Origin: Deinococcales bacterium
GTDB taxonomy: Bacteria > Deinococcota > Deinococci > Deinococcales > JAAFIG01
NCBI GenBank assembly: GCA_031414595.1
Contig: JANNVX010000026.1
Span: 1 to 64,000 of the forward strand
Direction: 5' to 3'
Length of the DNA stretch: 64,000 bases
Made by a program: the position numbers and the translations under genes. Under the pieces are notes generated by a model, which saw only the letters and a program-made list of their open reading frames with translations, searched no databases and was not told where the DNA came from. Shown here in pieces: positions 10,016 through 19,792 of this stretch; position 1 is the first letter of the stretch; every line of letters begins with the position of its first letter.

Positions 10016-11809
10016 ATGACCTTACCGAAACGCAGCGAATTAACAAAAGAGCAAACTTGGGATTTAGAATCGGTTTTTAGTTCCGAAACCGATTGGCGCG
10101 TGGCACTCGAGGCGGTACGAACTTGTGGGGCGCAAATCGCGGTTTTCGAGGGGCGTTTAGCCGAATCTGGAAGCGTGCTTTTTGAAGCCTTAGAAACCCG
10201 AGACAGATTGGGTTTGGCAGCCCGAATCATGACCATGTATCCAAGTTTATTGCAAGCCACCGAAGGCACAAACATTCATTACTCGAGTCTGTACGCCGAA
10301 GCTGGCGCGGCGTACTCGGCTTTTTCTGGGGCAACAGCTTTTATGCGACCAGAGTTACTGAGTATTGCTCCAAGCCAACTCGAGCAACTGTTAAAGGACG
10401 AGCCTCGTTTAGAACGCTACAAGCATTCTTTACGGGTGCTGCAAGCTCAAAAAGCCCATGTCCGCAATAGCGAAACCGAAATGCTTTTGGCTCAAGTCCA
10501 AGAACCTCTAAGTGCTGCTTATAACGCCTCGAATGCAGCCACCGACGCAGATATGAAATTTGTAAACTTAGCCAGTGGCGAAGTGGTCTCGCACACCAGT
10601 GTTGGCGAATTACTTTCCAGTACAGATTCTAAGGTGCGTCAAGCTGCTTGGGAGGCTTACGCCGATGGACATCTGGAATTCCAGAACACTTTGGCGGCGA
10701 CTTTGCAGGGCAGCATCAAAGCCTATGTCTTTAATATGCGTGCCAGAGGCTACAACAGCAGTCTCGAGATGAGTTTATCAAAAAACCATATTCCAGTTCA
10801 GGTCTTTGAGAATTTGCTCAGCACTTTTAAGGCTAATTTACCGACCTGGCATCGCTATTGGGCATTGCGTAAAAAAGCCATGGGCGGCGCGTTACACACT
10901 TTTGACATTCCGATTTATGATTCACCTGCGCCGTTAATTGCCAGTCCAAAAATGACTTATGCCCAAGCCAGCAATACGATTCTCGAGGGCATGAAACCAC
11001 TCGGGGCGCATTACCACGATGTCATGCAAAAAGGCTTATTTGAGGAGCGCTGGGTGGACTGGGGGCAGAACCAAGGCAAGGGGGCTGGGGCATTCTCGAG
11101 CGGCGCTCAAGGCACACACCCGTTTATTTTTCAAAGCTGGTCAGATGACATGTACAGCATGTCTACTTTGGCACACGAACTTGGGCATTCGATGCACTCG
11201 TACCTGACCCGCACTACCCAACCGACAGTTTACGCCGAGTACGGTTTATTTTTAGCCGAGGTTGCCAGTAATTTTAATCAAGCCATGGTTCGGGCAGATT
11301 TACTTAAAAAAGCCGAAAGCAAAGAAATGAAACTGGCGATTCTCGAGGAAGCATTCTCGAATTTTCACCGCTACTTATTTATTATGCCGACACTGGCACT
11401 ACTCGAACGCGAATTGTATGAACGGGTCGAAAATGGCGGGGCAATCACTGCACCATTTTTATCCGAACGGCTTGTGGCACTGCTTTCCGAAGGTTACGGC
11501 GGGCATGTGACAATAGACGAAACCCGTTTAGGCTCTGGCTGGATGAACTTTGGGCATCTGTACGCTCCGTTCTATGTCTACCAATACGCCACTGGAATTG
11601 CCGCCGCCAACGCACTTGCCAAAGATGTTTTAGAGCAAGGAGAAGCGGCAGCCAAGAAATACTTGCAGTTCTTAAGCGCTGGCAGTTCAGATTATCCACT
11701 CGAGGTGCTAAAACTGGCGGGTATAGACATGAACCAGCCCGAACCTGTGCAGCGCGGCTTTGAAGTGCTAAAAAGTATGGTGGATGAACTCGAGAAGTTA
11801 GTCGGTTAA
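10016..11809 (+). CDS. pepF: Oligoendopeptidase F (M3B)
   Basis: TWDL N-terminus, GK..GAFS, HELGHSMH zinc motif, AEVASNFN, YVYQYATG. TAGACT lies 6 nt before ATG 10016. Confidence 0.93.
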   Translation: MTLPKRSELTKEQTWDLESVFSSETDWRVALEAVRTCGAQIAVFEGRLAESGSVLFEALETRDRLGLAARIMTMYPSLLQATEGTNIHYSSLYAEAGAAYSAFSGATAFMRPELLSIAPSQLEQLLKDEPRLERYKHSLRVLQAQKAHVRNSETEMLLAQVQEPLSAAYNASNAATDADMKFVNLASGEVVSHTSVGELLSSTDSKVRQAAWEAYADGHLEFQNTLAATLQGSIKAYVFNMRARGYNSSLEMSLSKNHIPVQVFENLLSTFKANLPTWHRYWALRKKAMGGALHTFDIPIYDSPAPLIASPKMTYAQASNTILEGMKPLGAHYHDVMQKGLFEERWVDWGQNQGKGAGAFSSGAQGTHPFIFQSWSDDMYSMSTLAHELGHSMHSYLTRTTQPTVYAEYGLFLAEVASNFNQAMVRADLLKKAESKEMKLAILEEAFSNFHRYLFIMPTLALLERELYERVENGGAITAPFLSERLVALLSEGYGGHVTIDETRLGSGWMNFGHLYAPFYVYQYATGIAAANALAKDVLEQGEAAAKKYLQFLSAGSSDYPLEVLKLAGIDMNQPEPVQRGFEVLKSMVDELEKLVG

Positions 11810-11814
11810 AACCA

Positions 11815-12276
11815 TTAACTGGTTAAATAATCTTCAAACTCAAGTTTAATGACGATTGCCGCCTCTAAACTTCGGGCAGCTACAAAAATTGTGTCTTGTC
11901 CAGCCAGTGTACCCACAATGTCGTCTCTTGATAACTGGTCAAGCGTTAATGCCACGCCCATGGCGTAGCCATCGCTGACTTTTAAGACCACAATGTTCTC
12001 GGCACGGTCAATATCACGTACAAATTGCTTAAATTGAACCCGCAATTCCTCGTAAGGGTCAATGGATAACTGATGTTTAGAAAGTGCATATCGGTATTTG
12101 TTCTTACCAAAAGGTTGACGTACCAAACGCAATTCAGAAATATCACGGCTGACCGTGGCTTGGGTGACATGAAAGCCTTCTTTGAGTAAACGCTCGACCA
12201 ATTCGCCTTGGGTGGCAATGAATTCCCCTGCAATAATCTCTTGAATACGGCGCTGCCGAGGGTCTTTATTTTGCAT
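11815..12276 (-). CDS. argR: Arginine repressor
   Basis: TQ.EL...L...[12 protein letters not shown] and VGTLAG.DTIF motifs. Confidence 0.95.
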   Translation of the reverse strand: MQNKDPRQRRIQEIIAGEFIATQGELVERLLKEGFHVTQATVSRDISELRLVRQPFGKNKYRYALSKHQLSIDPYEELRVQFKQFVRDIDRAENIVVLKVSDGYAMGVALTLDQLSRDDIVGTLAGQDTIFVAARSLEAAIVIKLEFEDYLTS

Positions 12277-12290
12277 AATCTAGGCAGTAT

Positions 12291-12308
12291 ACAGTATAAA
12301 TATGCAAT
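12291..12308. promoter_or_regulatory. Putative ARG box (argR autoregulation)
   Basis: ACAGTATAAATATGCAAT resembles the ARG box core and overlaps the argR promoter region. Confidence 0.55.
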
Positions 12309-12398
12309 AAAAATAACCCCCAATGTTGTCTCCAGACCGACATGTGACGCTCGAGTGACACCGATTTTGTACACTTAAAAAGTCCATAAGGAGGATTT

Positions 12399-12773
12399 AT
12401 GAAAAAATTAGTCGGCAGTCTGCTTTTGTTTGCACTGATTGCATGTCAAACCACACCCGCCCCAACGCCAACGCCTGTAGCAGCAACTTGGAGTACCGAT
12501 GCCGCTACCTACCGAGGCGAAAACGGAAAACGCTACGCTTACGCTTGCCCTGCGGTCGCGGAAATTCCTGGCAGTACCGTTTGGGGAACAGACACCTACA
12601 CCGATGACTCGAGTGTCTGCAAAGCCGCCGTTCACGCAGGAAAAATCACGATTGCTGGTGGCACAGTCACCATCGAAATTCGGGCTGGACAAGCCACCTA
12701 CACGGGGTCTACCCGCAATGGCGTGACCACCTCAGACTATGGTGTTTGGCAAGGAAGTTACGTGTTCATCTAA
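12399..12773 (+). CDS. LCCL-domain lipoprotein
   Basis: Lipobox LIAC; VWGT..YTDDSSVCKAAVHAG motif; strong SD sequence. Confidence 0.85.
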   Translation: MKKLVGSLLLFALIACQTTPAPTPTPVAATWSTDAATYRGENGKRYAYACPAVAEIPGSTVWGTDTYTDDSSVCKAAVHAGKITIAGGTVTIEIRAGQATYTGSTRNGVTTSDYGVWQGSYVFI

Positions 12774-12776
12774 ACG

Positions 12777-12801
12777 GCAGCGCGAGTTTAGCTCGCGCTG
12801 C
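12777..12801. terminator. Hairpin between convergent genes
   Basis: GCAGCGCGAG-TTTAG-CTCGCGCTGC. Confidence 0.6.
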
Positions 12802-12870
12802 ACATTGACCATTTCGATTAACAAATTTTGAATTGTCTCGAGAGCAGCCTAACGCACTGGCTAGAAGCTA

Positions 12871-13848
12871 TTAAATCAAACCAAGTTCACGCACGGCTTT
12901 GCGTTCATCCTCGAGTTCAGCCGCCGTTGCATCCATTTTGCTGCGGCTAAAATCGTTAATCTCGAGTCCTTGGATAATGCTGTACACCCCATCTTTGCAA
13001 GTCACTGGGAAGCTGTAAATCAAACCTTCAGGGATGCCATAACTGCCATCTGATGGAATGCCCATGCTTGTCCATGCCGAGCCTAACGCCCAATCGTGCA
13101 TGTGGTCAATCGCGGCGTTGGCAGCACTGGCAGCACTGCTTAAACCGCGAGCTTCGATAATCGCTGCGCCGCGCTTGGCTACCGTTGGAATAAATGTACC
13201 AGCTAACCATTCTTGGTCGTTCACCAAACCAGCCGCATTCTGCCCGTTGACTGTGGCATGAAAAATATCTGGATATTGGGTGCTAGAATGATTGCCCCAA
13301 ATCGTCAGTTGGGCAATACTCGAGACAGCCGACTTGGTTTTGGCTGCTAATTGCGACAAAGCCCGATTATGGTCTAAACGAGTCATCGCCGTAAATTGTT
13401 TTGGGTCAAGTTTAGGGGCATGTTGTTGTGCGATTAAGGCATTGGTATTGGCTGGATTACCGACCACCAATACTTTGACATTCCTGTCTGCAACTTCGGA
13501 TAGGGCATGACCTTGGGGCTTAAAAATACCGCCGTTGGCTGCCAATAAATCGCCACGTTCCATGCCTTGCTTACGTGGCATTGCGCCAACCAGCAGCGCA
13601 TAATTGACATCGGCAAAGGCAACCATTGGGTCATCGGATGCCACCACACCAGCCAGTAGCGGAAAGGCACAGTCCTCGAGTTCCATAATCACACCCTGCA
13701 AGGCTTTTAGGGCTGGGGTAATCTCGAGCAAATGCAGAATAACAGGTTGATCCAGACCCAGCATTTCACCACTGGCAATTCGGAACAACAAACTATAACC
13801 AATTTGACCAGCCGCGCCAGTCACAGCAACACGCACAGGTGTTTTCAT
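12871..13848 (-). CDS. mdh: Malate dehydrogenase
   Basis: [34 protein letters not shown]. Confidence 0.97.
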   Translation of the reverse strand: MKTPVRVAVTGAAGQIGYSLLFRIASGEMLGLDQPVILHLLEITPALKALQGVIMELEDCAFPLLAGVVASDDPMVAFADVNYALLVGAMPRKQGMERGDLLAANGGIFKPQGHALSEVADRNVKVLVVGNPANTNALIAQQHAPKLDPKQFTAMTRLDHNRALSQLAAKTKSAVSSIAQLTIWGNHSSTQYPDIFHATVNGQNAAGLVNDQEWLAGTFIPTVAKRGAAIIEARGLSSAASAANAAIDHMHDWALGSAWTSMGIPSDGSYGIPEGLIYSFPVTCKDGVYSIIQGLEINDFSRSKMDATAAELEDERKAVRELGLI

Positions 13849-14005
13849 AAAATCCTCCTAGAACTTGCTGGTTCTCGAGTCATCTCGAGGTCAGCTTGTA
13901 ACGCCTCATCATAATCTCTTGGTTACGGCAAATGACCTAAGAGGCTCTGAGCTATGAGTCTTGAGCGATGAGGAAAAGATTTTTAGCTCAAAGCGCCTAG
14001 CCAAA

Positions 14006-14779
14006 TCAATCACGCTCGAGATGATAAAAAGTTCGTTCGCCTGTGTCGTGAATGTCTGTGACCACATACCCTTGATTAAAGTAATGCGGGAATACCAGAC
14101 GGTGGGCAGTTCGCCAAGTCTGAGCAGCAGTCAGGTTGGCGGCTTTTAAGGCATCAATGTCTCGAGGGCTTTCGATCAGGACAATGCCAGTTAAATCCAG
14201 TTTCGGACTGCCAGCGCTTACACCGTTTCTCTCGAGGGCATATGCTCCAATTGGGGCAGTGTTTGGGCGTTCGGTTAGCGTTTGGCTTAAATCCCATTCG
14301 ACAAAAAACCGGTCGGCGGGTAGCCCAGCATAAATCCCGCCTTTGATTGTGTACCAATCTGGATGGTAGGAGACGGCTCGAGCGCCGAGTTTACCAAGGT
14401 TCAAACGTGCATTTTTGGTTAAAGCTGGATCAAATGTCCACGTCATTTGCTCATACCCCAGTTCTAAGGCTCGAGTCCGCTGATGCTGCTTTAAGCGAGC
14501 AGCTAGACCACTGGCGCGGTGTTCTGGACGAAGTGCCAACATATGTGAATGCTGCACCATTTTATTTTTGTAATGGGCTGGGAAACTGTAGGCAAAGCCA
14601 ACGGGAATATCTGAACCCTCGGCAAACGCCGCGCAGACAATCCCACCCATGTGGGCATGAACTGTAAATAAACTACCCGGGGTCAAATCGCTTTCGTCAT
14701 AGCCCCAAGCGCTCTGCTGCACATCCTTTAATCCATCCATTTCGGTGGCATGGTGCAGGTCTTTAATGATGTAATTCAT
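14006..14779 (-). CDS. GNAT-family acetyltransferase
   Basis: HSHMLA..P..R..G, WTFDP....NARLNL.KLGA, DRF.VEW.L motifs. Confidence 0.8.
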   Translation of the reverse strand: MNYIIKDLHHATEMDGLKDVQQSAWGYDESDLTPGSLFTVHAHMGGIVCAAFAEGSDIPVGFAYSFPAHYKNKMVQHSHMLALRPEHRASGLAARLKQHQRTRALELGYEQMTWTFDPALTKNARLNLGKLGARAVSYHPDWYTIKGGIYAGLPADRFFVEWDLSQTLTERPNTAPIGAYALERNGVSAGSPKLDLTGIVLIESPRDIDALKAANLTAAQTWRTAHRLVFPHYFNQGYVVTDIHDTGERTFYHLERD

Positions 14780-14902
14780 GTGGGTAGTCTAACAAAATTG
14801 GGGTATTTTTGGTGGATTTTTTAAGTCTCGAGTACAGCGACTCAATTCTACTTTCATACAAAAATCCTAGCACCAATTCGATTGTCATGTAAAATACCTT
14901 TA

Positions 14903-15991
14903 ATGAAATGGTTTTTTGGATTTATTTTGCTGTTTGGGGTGGGTCTAGCTGCCCAAACCCCTCGAGTTACACTTTGGACTGGTTTTGATGCACAAGTGCT
15001 GAAATTTGCCAGTTTGCAGGATTTAACGTCTGTTTCTGAGGATACTTTAGCGCTTGGTTTAGACAAAAATAAGTCGTCTGGGGTTCTCGAGACGGGGTTT
15101 ATTGCGGGGCGTTTTAATACGGCGGTGTTGTCTTGGAATGCCTTTACGCCAAGTGGTACGGCGCTACAAATCGAGGCTCGAGCGAGGGTTGCTGGGGCAT
15201 GGTCTAAGTATTTTCAGTTGGGTACTTGGAGTACCGATTTAAGTCTGGTTAGGCGAAGTGTGATTGGGCAAGCCGACTCTTTTGGCGATGTGGACACCGA
15301 TACCCTGACATTGAGATCCTTTGCCGAGGCACTGCAAATTCGGGTGCGGTTCTCGAGTACAAAAACGGGAATCAGTCCGACTTTATTTGGTTTGGCTGCC
15401 ATCATGTCAGATTCTTTGCAGCATAAAAAAGTGCTGTTTACCAAATCTAATCAGGCGGTTTGGGGAACAGATTTAGCTGTGCCAATGCGTTCACAAATGA
15501 TTTATCCAGATGGCGGGCGGGTCTGGTGCAGTCCGACCAGCCTGACCATGCTGCTCGAGTATTGGGGCAAAAAACTTGGGCGTAAATTAGCCGATACTGT
15601 CCCAATGGCGGCTAAAACTGTTTGGGATAGCACTTATGACGGGGCTGGCAATTGGTCTTTTAACATGGCATACGCGGCTTCCAAGGGATTAAGAGCCTAT
15701 GTCCATCGGTTGAGTAGCCTGACCCAAGCTGAGCCGTACATTGCCAGAGGAATTCCGTTGGCGCTCAGTTTGGCTTGGAAACTTGGCGGGCTAGATGGGG
15801 CTGCCCTGCCCTCGAGCAATGGGCATTTGCTGGTGCTACGTGGTTTTACCAAATCTGGGGATGCAATTGTCAATGACCCTGCGGCAGCCACCGATACGGC
15901 GGTGCGGCGGGTTTATAAACGCGCTCAACTCGAGAAGGCTTGGATTGAGGCTTCTGGTGGTATGGTTTATGTCATAGAGGCGCAAAAATGA
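14903..15991 (+). CDS. Secreted peptidase C39-like protein
   Basis: Signal peptide; SQM...WCSPTS (Cys), GHLLV (His), VNDP (Asp). TAAAAT lies 7 nt before ATG 14903. Confidence 0.8.
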   Translation: MKWFFGFILLFGVGLAAQTPRVTLWTGFDAQVLKFASLQDLTSVSEDTLALGLDKNKSSGVLETGFIAGRFNTAVLSWNAFTPSGTALQIEARARVAGAWSKYFQLGTWSTDLSLVRRSVIGQADSFGDVDTDTLTLRSFAEALQIRVRFSSTKTGISPTLFGLAAIMSDSLQHKKVLFTKSNQAVWGTDLAVPMRSQMIYPDGGRVWCSPTSLTMLLEYWGKKLGRKLADTVPMAAKTVWDSTYDGAGNWSFNMAYAASKGLRAYVHRLSSLTQAEPYIARGIPLALSLAWKLGGLDGAALPSSNGHLLVLRGFTKSGDAIVNDPAAATDTAVRRVYKRAQLEKAWIEASGGMVYVIEAQK

Positions 15992-16527
15992 TAAATACCT
16001 TGAAACCAATTGACTCCCTAGAAGACATACCGCTCGAGTACCAAAATACCCCGATTGCACGCTTATTAAATTTCCACAATTTAGGGGTGGACTTAGAACG
16101 TTGCGACAAAGCCGAAATTTTAATTGGCATGTGTATGGATAACCGTAAAGTGCTGCGAACCCCGGACAACTTTGCTTATGTGTTGCGAACGACGGGTGCA
16201 AATTTACGCCACAACGAATTTCGGGTAACTTATGCACTTTCGATTGGTGGGGTGCGCCATATTGCTTTAATTGCCCATACCAACTGCGGTATGGTTGGTC
16301 TGAGTCGTAAATTGCCAGCCTTTGTGCGTGGCATGATAGATGTCGGTTGGAACGAAACCGATGCTCGTGAATACTTTTTTCAGTACGCCCCGTTTTTTGA
16401 AATCGAGAACGAAGCCGATTTTGTACGTTTAGAGGCATTGCGCTTAAGATCCAAGTACCCAAATGTGGTGATTGTGCCGCTCATGTATCAACTCGAGGAT
16501 AATCGTTTGTACTTGGTGCAAGAGTAA
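15988..16527 (+). CDS. Beta-class carbonic anhydrase
   Basis: CMDNR and H..C zinc ligands. Confidence 0.8.
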   Translation: MINTLKPIDSLEDIPLEYQNTPIARLLNFHNLGVDLERCDKAEILIGMCMDNRKVLRTPDNFAYVLRTTGANLRHNEFRVTYALSIGGVRHIALIAHTNCGMVGLSRKLPAFVRGMIDVGWNETDAREYFFQYAPFFEIENEADFVRLEALRLRSKYPNVVIVPLMYQLEDNRLYLVQE

Positions 16528-16552
16528 TCACTGTTACTTGGTGCAAGAGTAA
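16510..16552. repeat. Tandem 18-bp direct repeat upstream of sbtA
   Basis: TACTTGGTGCAAGAGTAA at 16510-16527 and 16535-16552. Confidence 0.85.
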
Positions 16553-16593
16553 CATTACTTTTAAGCCTTGTATCTTCAGTTACAATCAACCCA

Positions 16594-17553
16594 ATGGATA
16601 TTATCGAGTTAATGCGACTAAATTTGTTGTCGCCAATGGTTCTGGCGTTTGCTTTGGGTTTAATTGCGGTTTGGGTGCGTTCAGACTTGCGTTTGCCCGA
16701 GGATTTATACTCGGTTCTCAGTATTTACTTGCTCTTTTCGATTGGCTTAAAGGGCGGCGCGGAGCTTTCAATCACCCCTTTTTTAAGTATTATTCTGCCC
16801 GTACTTGCGACTTTAGCAATTGGTATTATCACGCCTCTGATTGCTTTTTTTGTCCTATCGCGCCGTTTTGATAAAATAAACGCGGCGGCGATTGCGGCGC
16901 ATTATGGCAGTGTCTCGGCAGTCACCTTCACCGCCGCCCTGACCTTTGCCCAAGCCCAGTACCCAAATCTCGAGGGGTTTTTACCAGCATTGGTGGCAGT
17001 GCTTGAAGTTCCGGGTATCGCAATTGCAATTTTACTGGCAAAGAACAGCAAAAAAGCCACACCACACAGCAATCTTTGGCATGAACTTTTTACGGGACGC
17101 AGTTTATTTATGCTACTGGGTGGTTTGGTGATTGGTTTCTTGGCGGGCAAACCCGGTTTAGAGCAGGTCAAACCATTTTTTATTGACCCGTTCAAAGGCG
17201 TTTTGACACTTTTTCTGCTCGAGATGGGGATGGTGGCTGGGCATCGTTTTGGTGACTTAAAAAAGGCAGGGGCGTACCTGATTGGTTTTGGGATTTTAAT
17301 TCCCTTGCTGCACGGCACACTGGGAATCCTACTGGCTCGAGTGGCTGGCATGAGCGAGGGTGGTGCGTTTGTGCTTGGGGTGATGGCAGCCAGTGCCAGT
17401 TATATCGCTGCGCCTGCCGCCGTGCGGGTGGCGTTGCCGCAAGCCAACCCAGCCTATTATCTTGGGGCGAGTCTAGGGATTACTTTTCCGTTTAACTTAA
17501 CGCTTGGGATTCCGATTTATGCGATTCTGACGGGTTTGATATACGGGTTGTAA
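16594..17553 (+). CDS. sbtA: Sodium-dependent bicarbonate transporter (SbtA family)
   Basis: SIYLL..IGLKGG, AAHYGSVSAVTF, ASASYIAAPAA, LGITFPFN motifs. Confidence 0.9.
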   Translation: MDIIELMRLNLLSPMVLAFALGLIAVWVRSDLRLPEDLYSVLSIYLLFSIGLKGGAELSITPFLSIILPVLATLAIGIITPLIAFFVLSRRFDKINAAAIAAHYGSVSAVTFTAALTFAQAQYPNLEGFLPALVAVLEVPGIAIAILLAKNSKKATPHSNLWHELFTGRSLFMLLGGLVIGFLAGKPGLEQVKPFFIDPFKGVLTLFLLEMGMVAGHRFGDLKKAGAYLIGFGILIPLLHGTLGILLARVAGMSEGGAFVLGVMAASASYIAAPAAVRVALPQANPAYYLGASLGITFPFNLTLGIPIYAILTGLIYGL

Positions 17554-17570
17554 AAGATGATGCAGTAAAA

Positions 17571-17607
17571 GGGATTAAGGTCGAGAAGGTCGAAATTTCG
17601 GCAAAGT
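17571..17607 (+). repeat. Left inverted repeat of island
   Basis: GGGATTAAGGTCGAGAAGGTCGAAATTTCGGCAAAGT. Confidence 0.85.
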
Positions 17608-17662
17608 GATTAATCTACTTCATCACTTACATATTTTCCATTTACTTATTTTAAATTAATTC

Positions 17663-19792
17663 TTACTTTCCAAAAAAATTATCTAAAATCACACTGATTT
17701 TCTGCTGTACCGGAAAAGACAAGTTTAATTCGCCAAGAAAGTTGTTGTTTTCTATGCGTTGTACATCAAAATCTAAATTGCTTTGTGTATTTGAAATTTG
17801 ATCAAGAGTTCCAGAAAATGCAACCATCCCAAAGTAATCATCGATTCCAATGATGTTATTTTTATCTGTATCTTTAAAAGCAATGAGAGCATATGTGCCA
17901 ATAGGAACTGTCATTGAATATGAACTCTGCCAAGTGGTTTGAATGGAGTCTAACTTAACTTGAGTTGCCAAAAATGCTTTGTCTTCAATTGTGTCATCTC
18001 CCCACTGAATCGCAACAATGTGTGTTTGGTCAAGTGTAGCTGATGGTTTTGTTTGTAATTGAACCGAAATTGGTGCAATTCTTACCACTCCATCAGGGTC
18101 AACAGCTTGGATATTACTGATAACTTGTCCATCAGAGATTGTATTGAGAGCCTTGAGAGTTAATGATACGCTGCTTTCGGTTGTACTTGCAGTCGAGAAT
18201 TCACTTTGAATTTGCTGAAAAGGCGGGATTATAGATAAACGAACGGGTTTATCAAAACCACCTGATCTTATAACATTAACCTGAATTGTGATTTGTTGAT
18301 TTGGTCTAAGAATAAAATCGCTTTGTCTGATTGAAACCCGAAAGTCAGGGCGTTCAATAATTTGACCACCTGCCACTTGAATAGCTGCTTGAGCATCAAT
18401 CAACCCAGCACCGCAATCCAGTGGAGTCAATCGGTTACATTGAGTTGCAGTCATTGGTACTGCTGTATCTTGTAGGATTTGCTTAATTTGACTGGCACTT
18501 AGGTCTCGTGGTTTTTCCACGGCAGCTTTCATATGCGTAATAACACCAGCGACTAAGGGAGCAGCAAACGACGTGCCAGCATCAAGTTTATAATCAAAAG
18601 TTTTAATATCATCTTTCCAAGTGATTCCATAAATCGCTTCAGAAGAACCAGCTCCATTTTGACCCCCGGGAGCCATGATAGTTATTGAACTACCAAAATT
18701 AGAATACGGAGCGCGTTGCCCAGAACGATTTGTTGCACCAATAGCTAAAACACCAGAACAGCCTGCTGGGGCTGTTGCAATGACATTACTAGAATTATTG
18801 CCAGCCGCCGCAACAATAACTGGTTTTTGAGGACGACCCAAAATTCGAGCATAAACCTCTTCTTCGGATTTTGAACAGGAATTCTTACTGCCCAGTGACA
18901 AGTTAATTACATCAGCAGGATACAAGTTAAGTGGTGTACCTGAAATAAACTCGCCACTTGCCCAAAGCACACCATCCAGTACATCTGATAAACGACCACC
19001 TTGAATGCCCAATGCTCGGATGGGAAGTATTTTTGCGGCACTAACCCCACTTAATCCAATACCATTGTTACTCTGAGCCGCAGCAATACTTGCAACCATT
19101 GAGCCATGATAAGACCCTTGTTGACCAAGACGATCCCCAGGGTCAAAAGGTTCAGCATCTCGAGCATCACCGTCATTTGCAGTGGTTTCATCGGTAATAA
19201 AATCGAAGCCAGGCAAAACCCTATCTTTGAGTTCTGGGTGAGTACGTGTTTCATCTGAAGCCGAAAAAAGGATTCCTGTGTCCACAACAGCAATGACTTG
19301 AGAAGCTAATCGTTTCTGCGTTGCATCATCAGCAAAATTTAGGGGTAATCGCGCCCCCCCGATTGCTTGATTGCGAGAAGCTAAATTCCATTGTGCTTCA
19401 AATAGTGGATCATTTGGATTGGTCAAGGGTACAACCATACGGTCTGGCTCGATATACTCAATGTCATGACGTAACCTTAAGGTATTGATAGCTTGTTGAA
19501 CATCTTGTAAAGACATGGTTCGTTGCGCTTGAAAAACGCCAATGCCACTCTGACCTAATTGTCGTTGAAAACGAATCGGGTTTTGATTCCATTGCAAAGC
19601 AAGTTGGTTCTGAACACGAAGATTGTTCCTAAATTTAACCAGAAAAGCACCAAGAATAACATTGTGAACCTGAACATCCGCAGAGGATATACTTGCTCCC
19701 AATCCAATTGTGCCAGATAAAACCATGTGATTTGATGTTTGACACGCCATCAAAAAAAAGCAAAAAGCCAAAATGACAACAATAAAACGCAT
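17663..19792 (-). CDS. S8 subtilase lipoprotein with C-terminal Ig-like extensions
   Basis: Lipobox LMAC; catalytic IAVVDTG, YHGSMVAS, AAAGN, GTSFAAP. ATG 19792 overlaps the upstream stop (TAATG). Confidence 0.9.
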   Translation of the reverse strand: MRFIVVILAFCFFLMACQTSNHMVLSGTIGLGASISSADVQVHNVILGAFLVKFRNNLRVQNQLALQWNQNPIRFQRQLGQSGIGVFQAQRTMSLQDVQQAINTLRLRHDIEYIEPDRMVVPLTNPNDPLFEAQWNLASRNQAIGGARLPLNFADDATQKRLASQVIAVVDTGILFSASDETRTHPELKDRVLPGFDFITDETTANDGDARDAEPFDPGDRLGQQGSYHGSMVASIAAAQSNNGIGLSGVSAAKILPIRALGIQGGRLSDVLDGVLWASGEFISGTPLNLYPADVINLSLGSKNSCSKSEEEVYARILGRPQKPVIVAAAGNNSSNVIATAPAGCSGVLAIGATNRSGQRAPYSNFGSSITIMAPGGQNGAGSSEAIYGITWKDDIKTFDYKLDAGTSFAAPLVAGVITHMKAAVEKPRDLSASQIKQILQDTAVPMTATQCNRLTPLDCGAGLIDAQAAIQVAGGQIIERPDFRVSIRQSDFILRPNQQITIQVNVIRSGGFDKPVRLSIIPPFQQIQSEFSTASTTESSVSLTLKALNTISDGQVISNIQAVDPDGVVRIAPISVQLQTKPSATLDQTHIVAIQWGDDTIEDKAFLATQVKLDSIQTTWQSSYSMTVPIGTYALIAFKDTDKNNIIGIDDYFGMVAFSGTLDQISNTQSNLDFDVQRIENNNFLGELNLSFPVQQKISVILDNFFGK

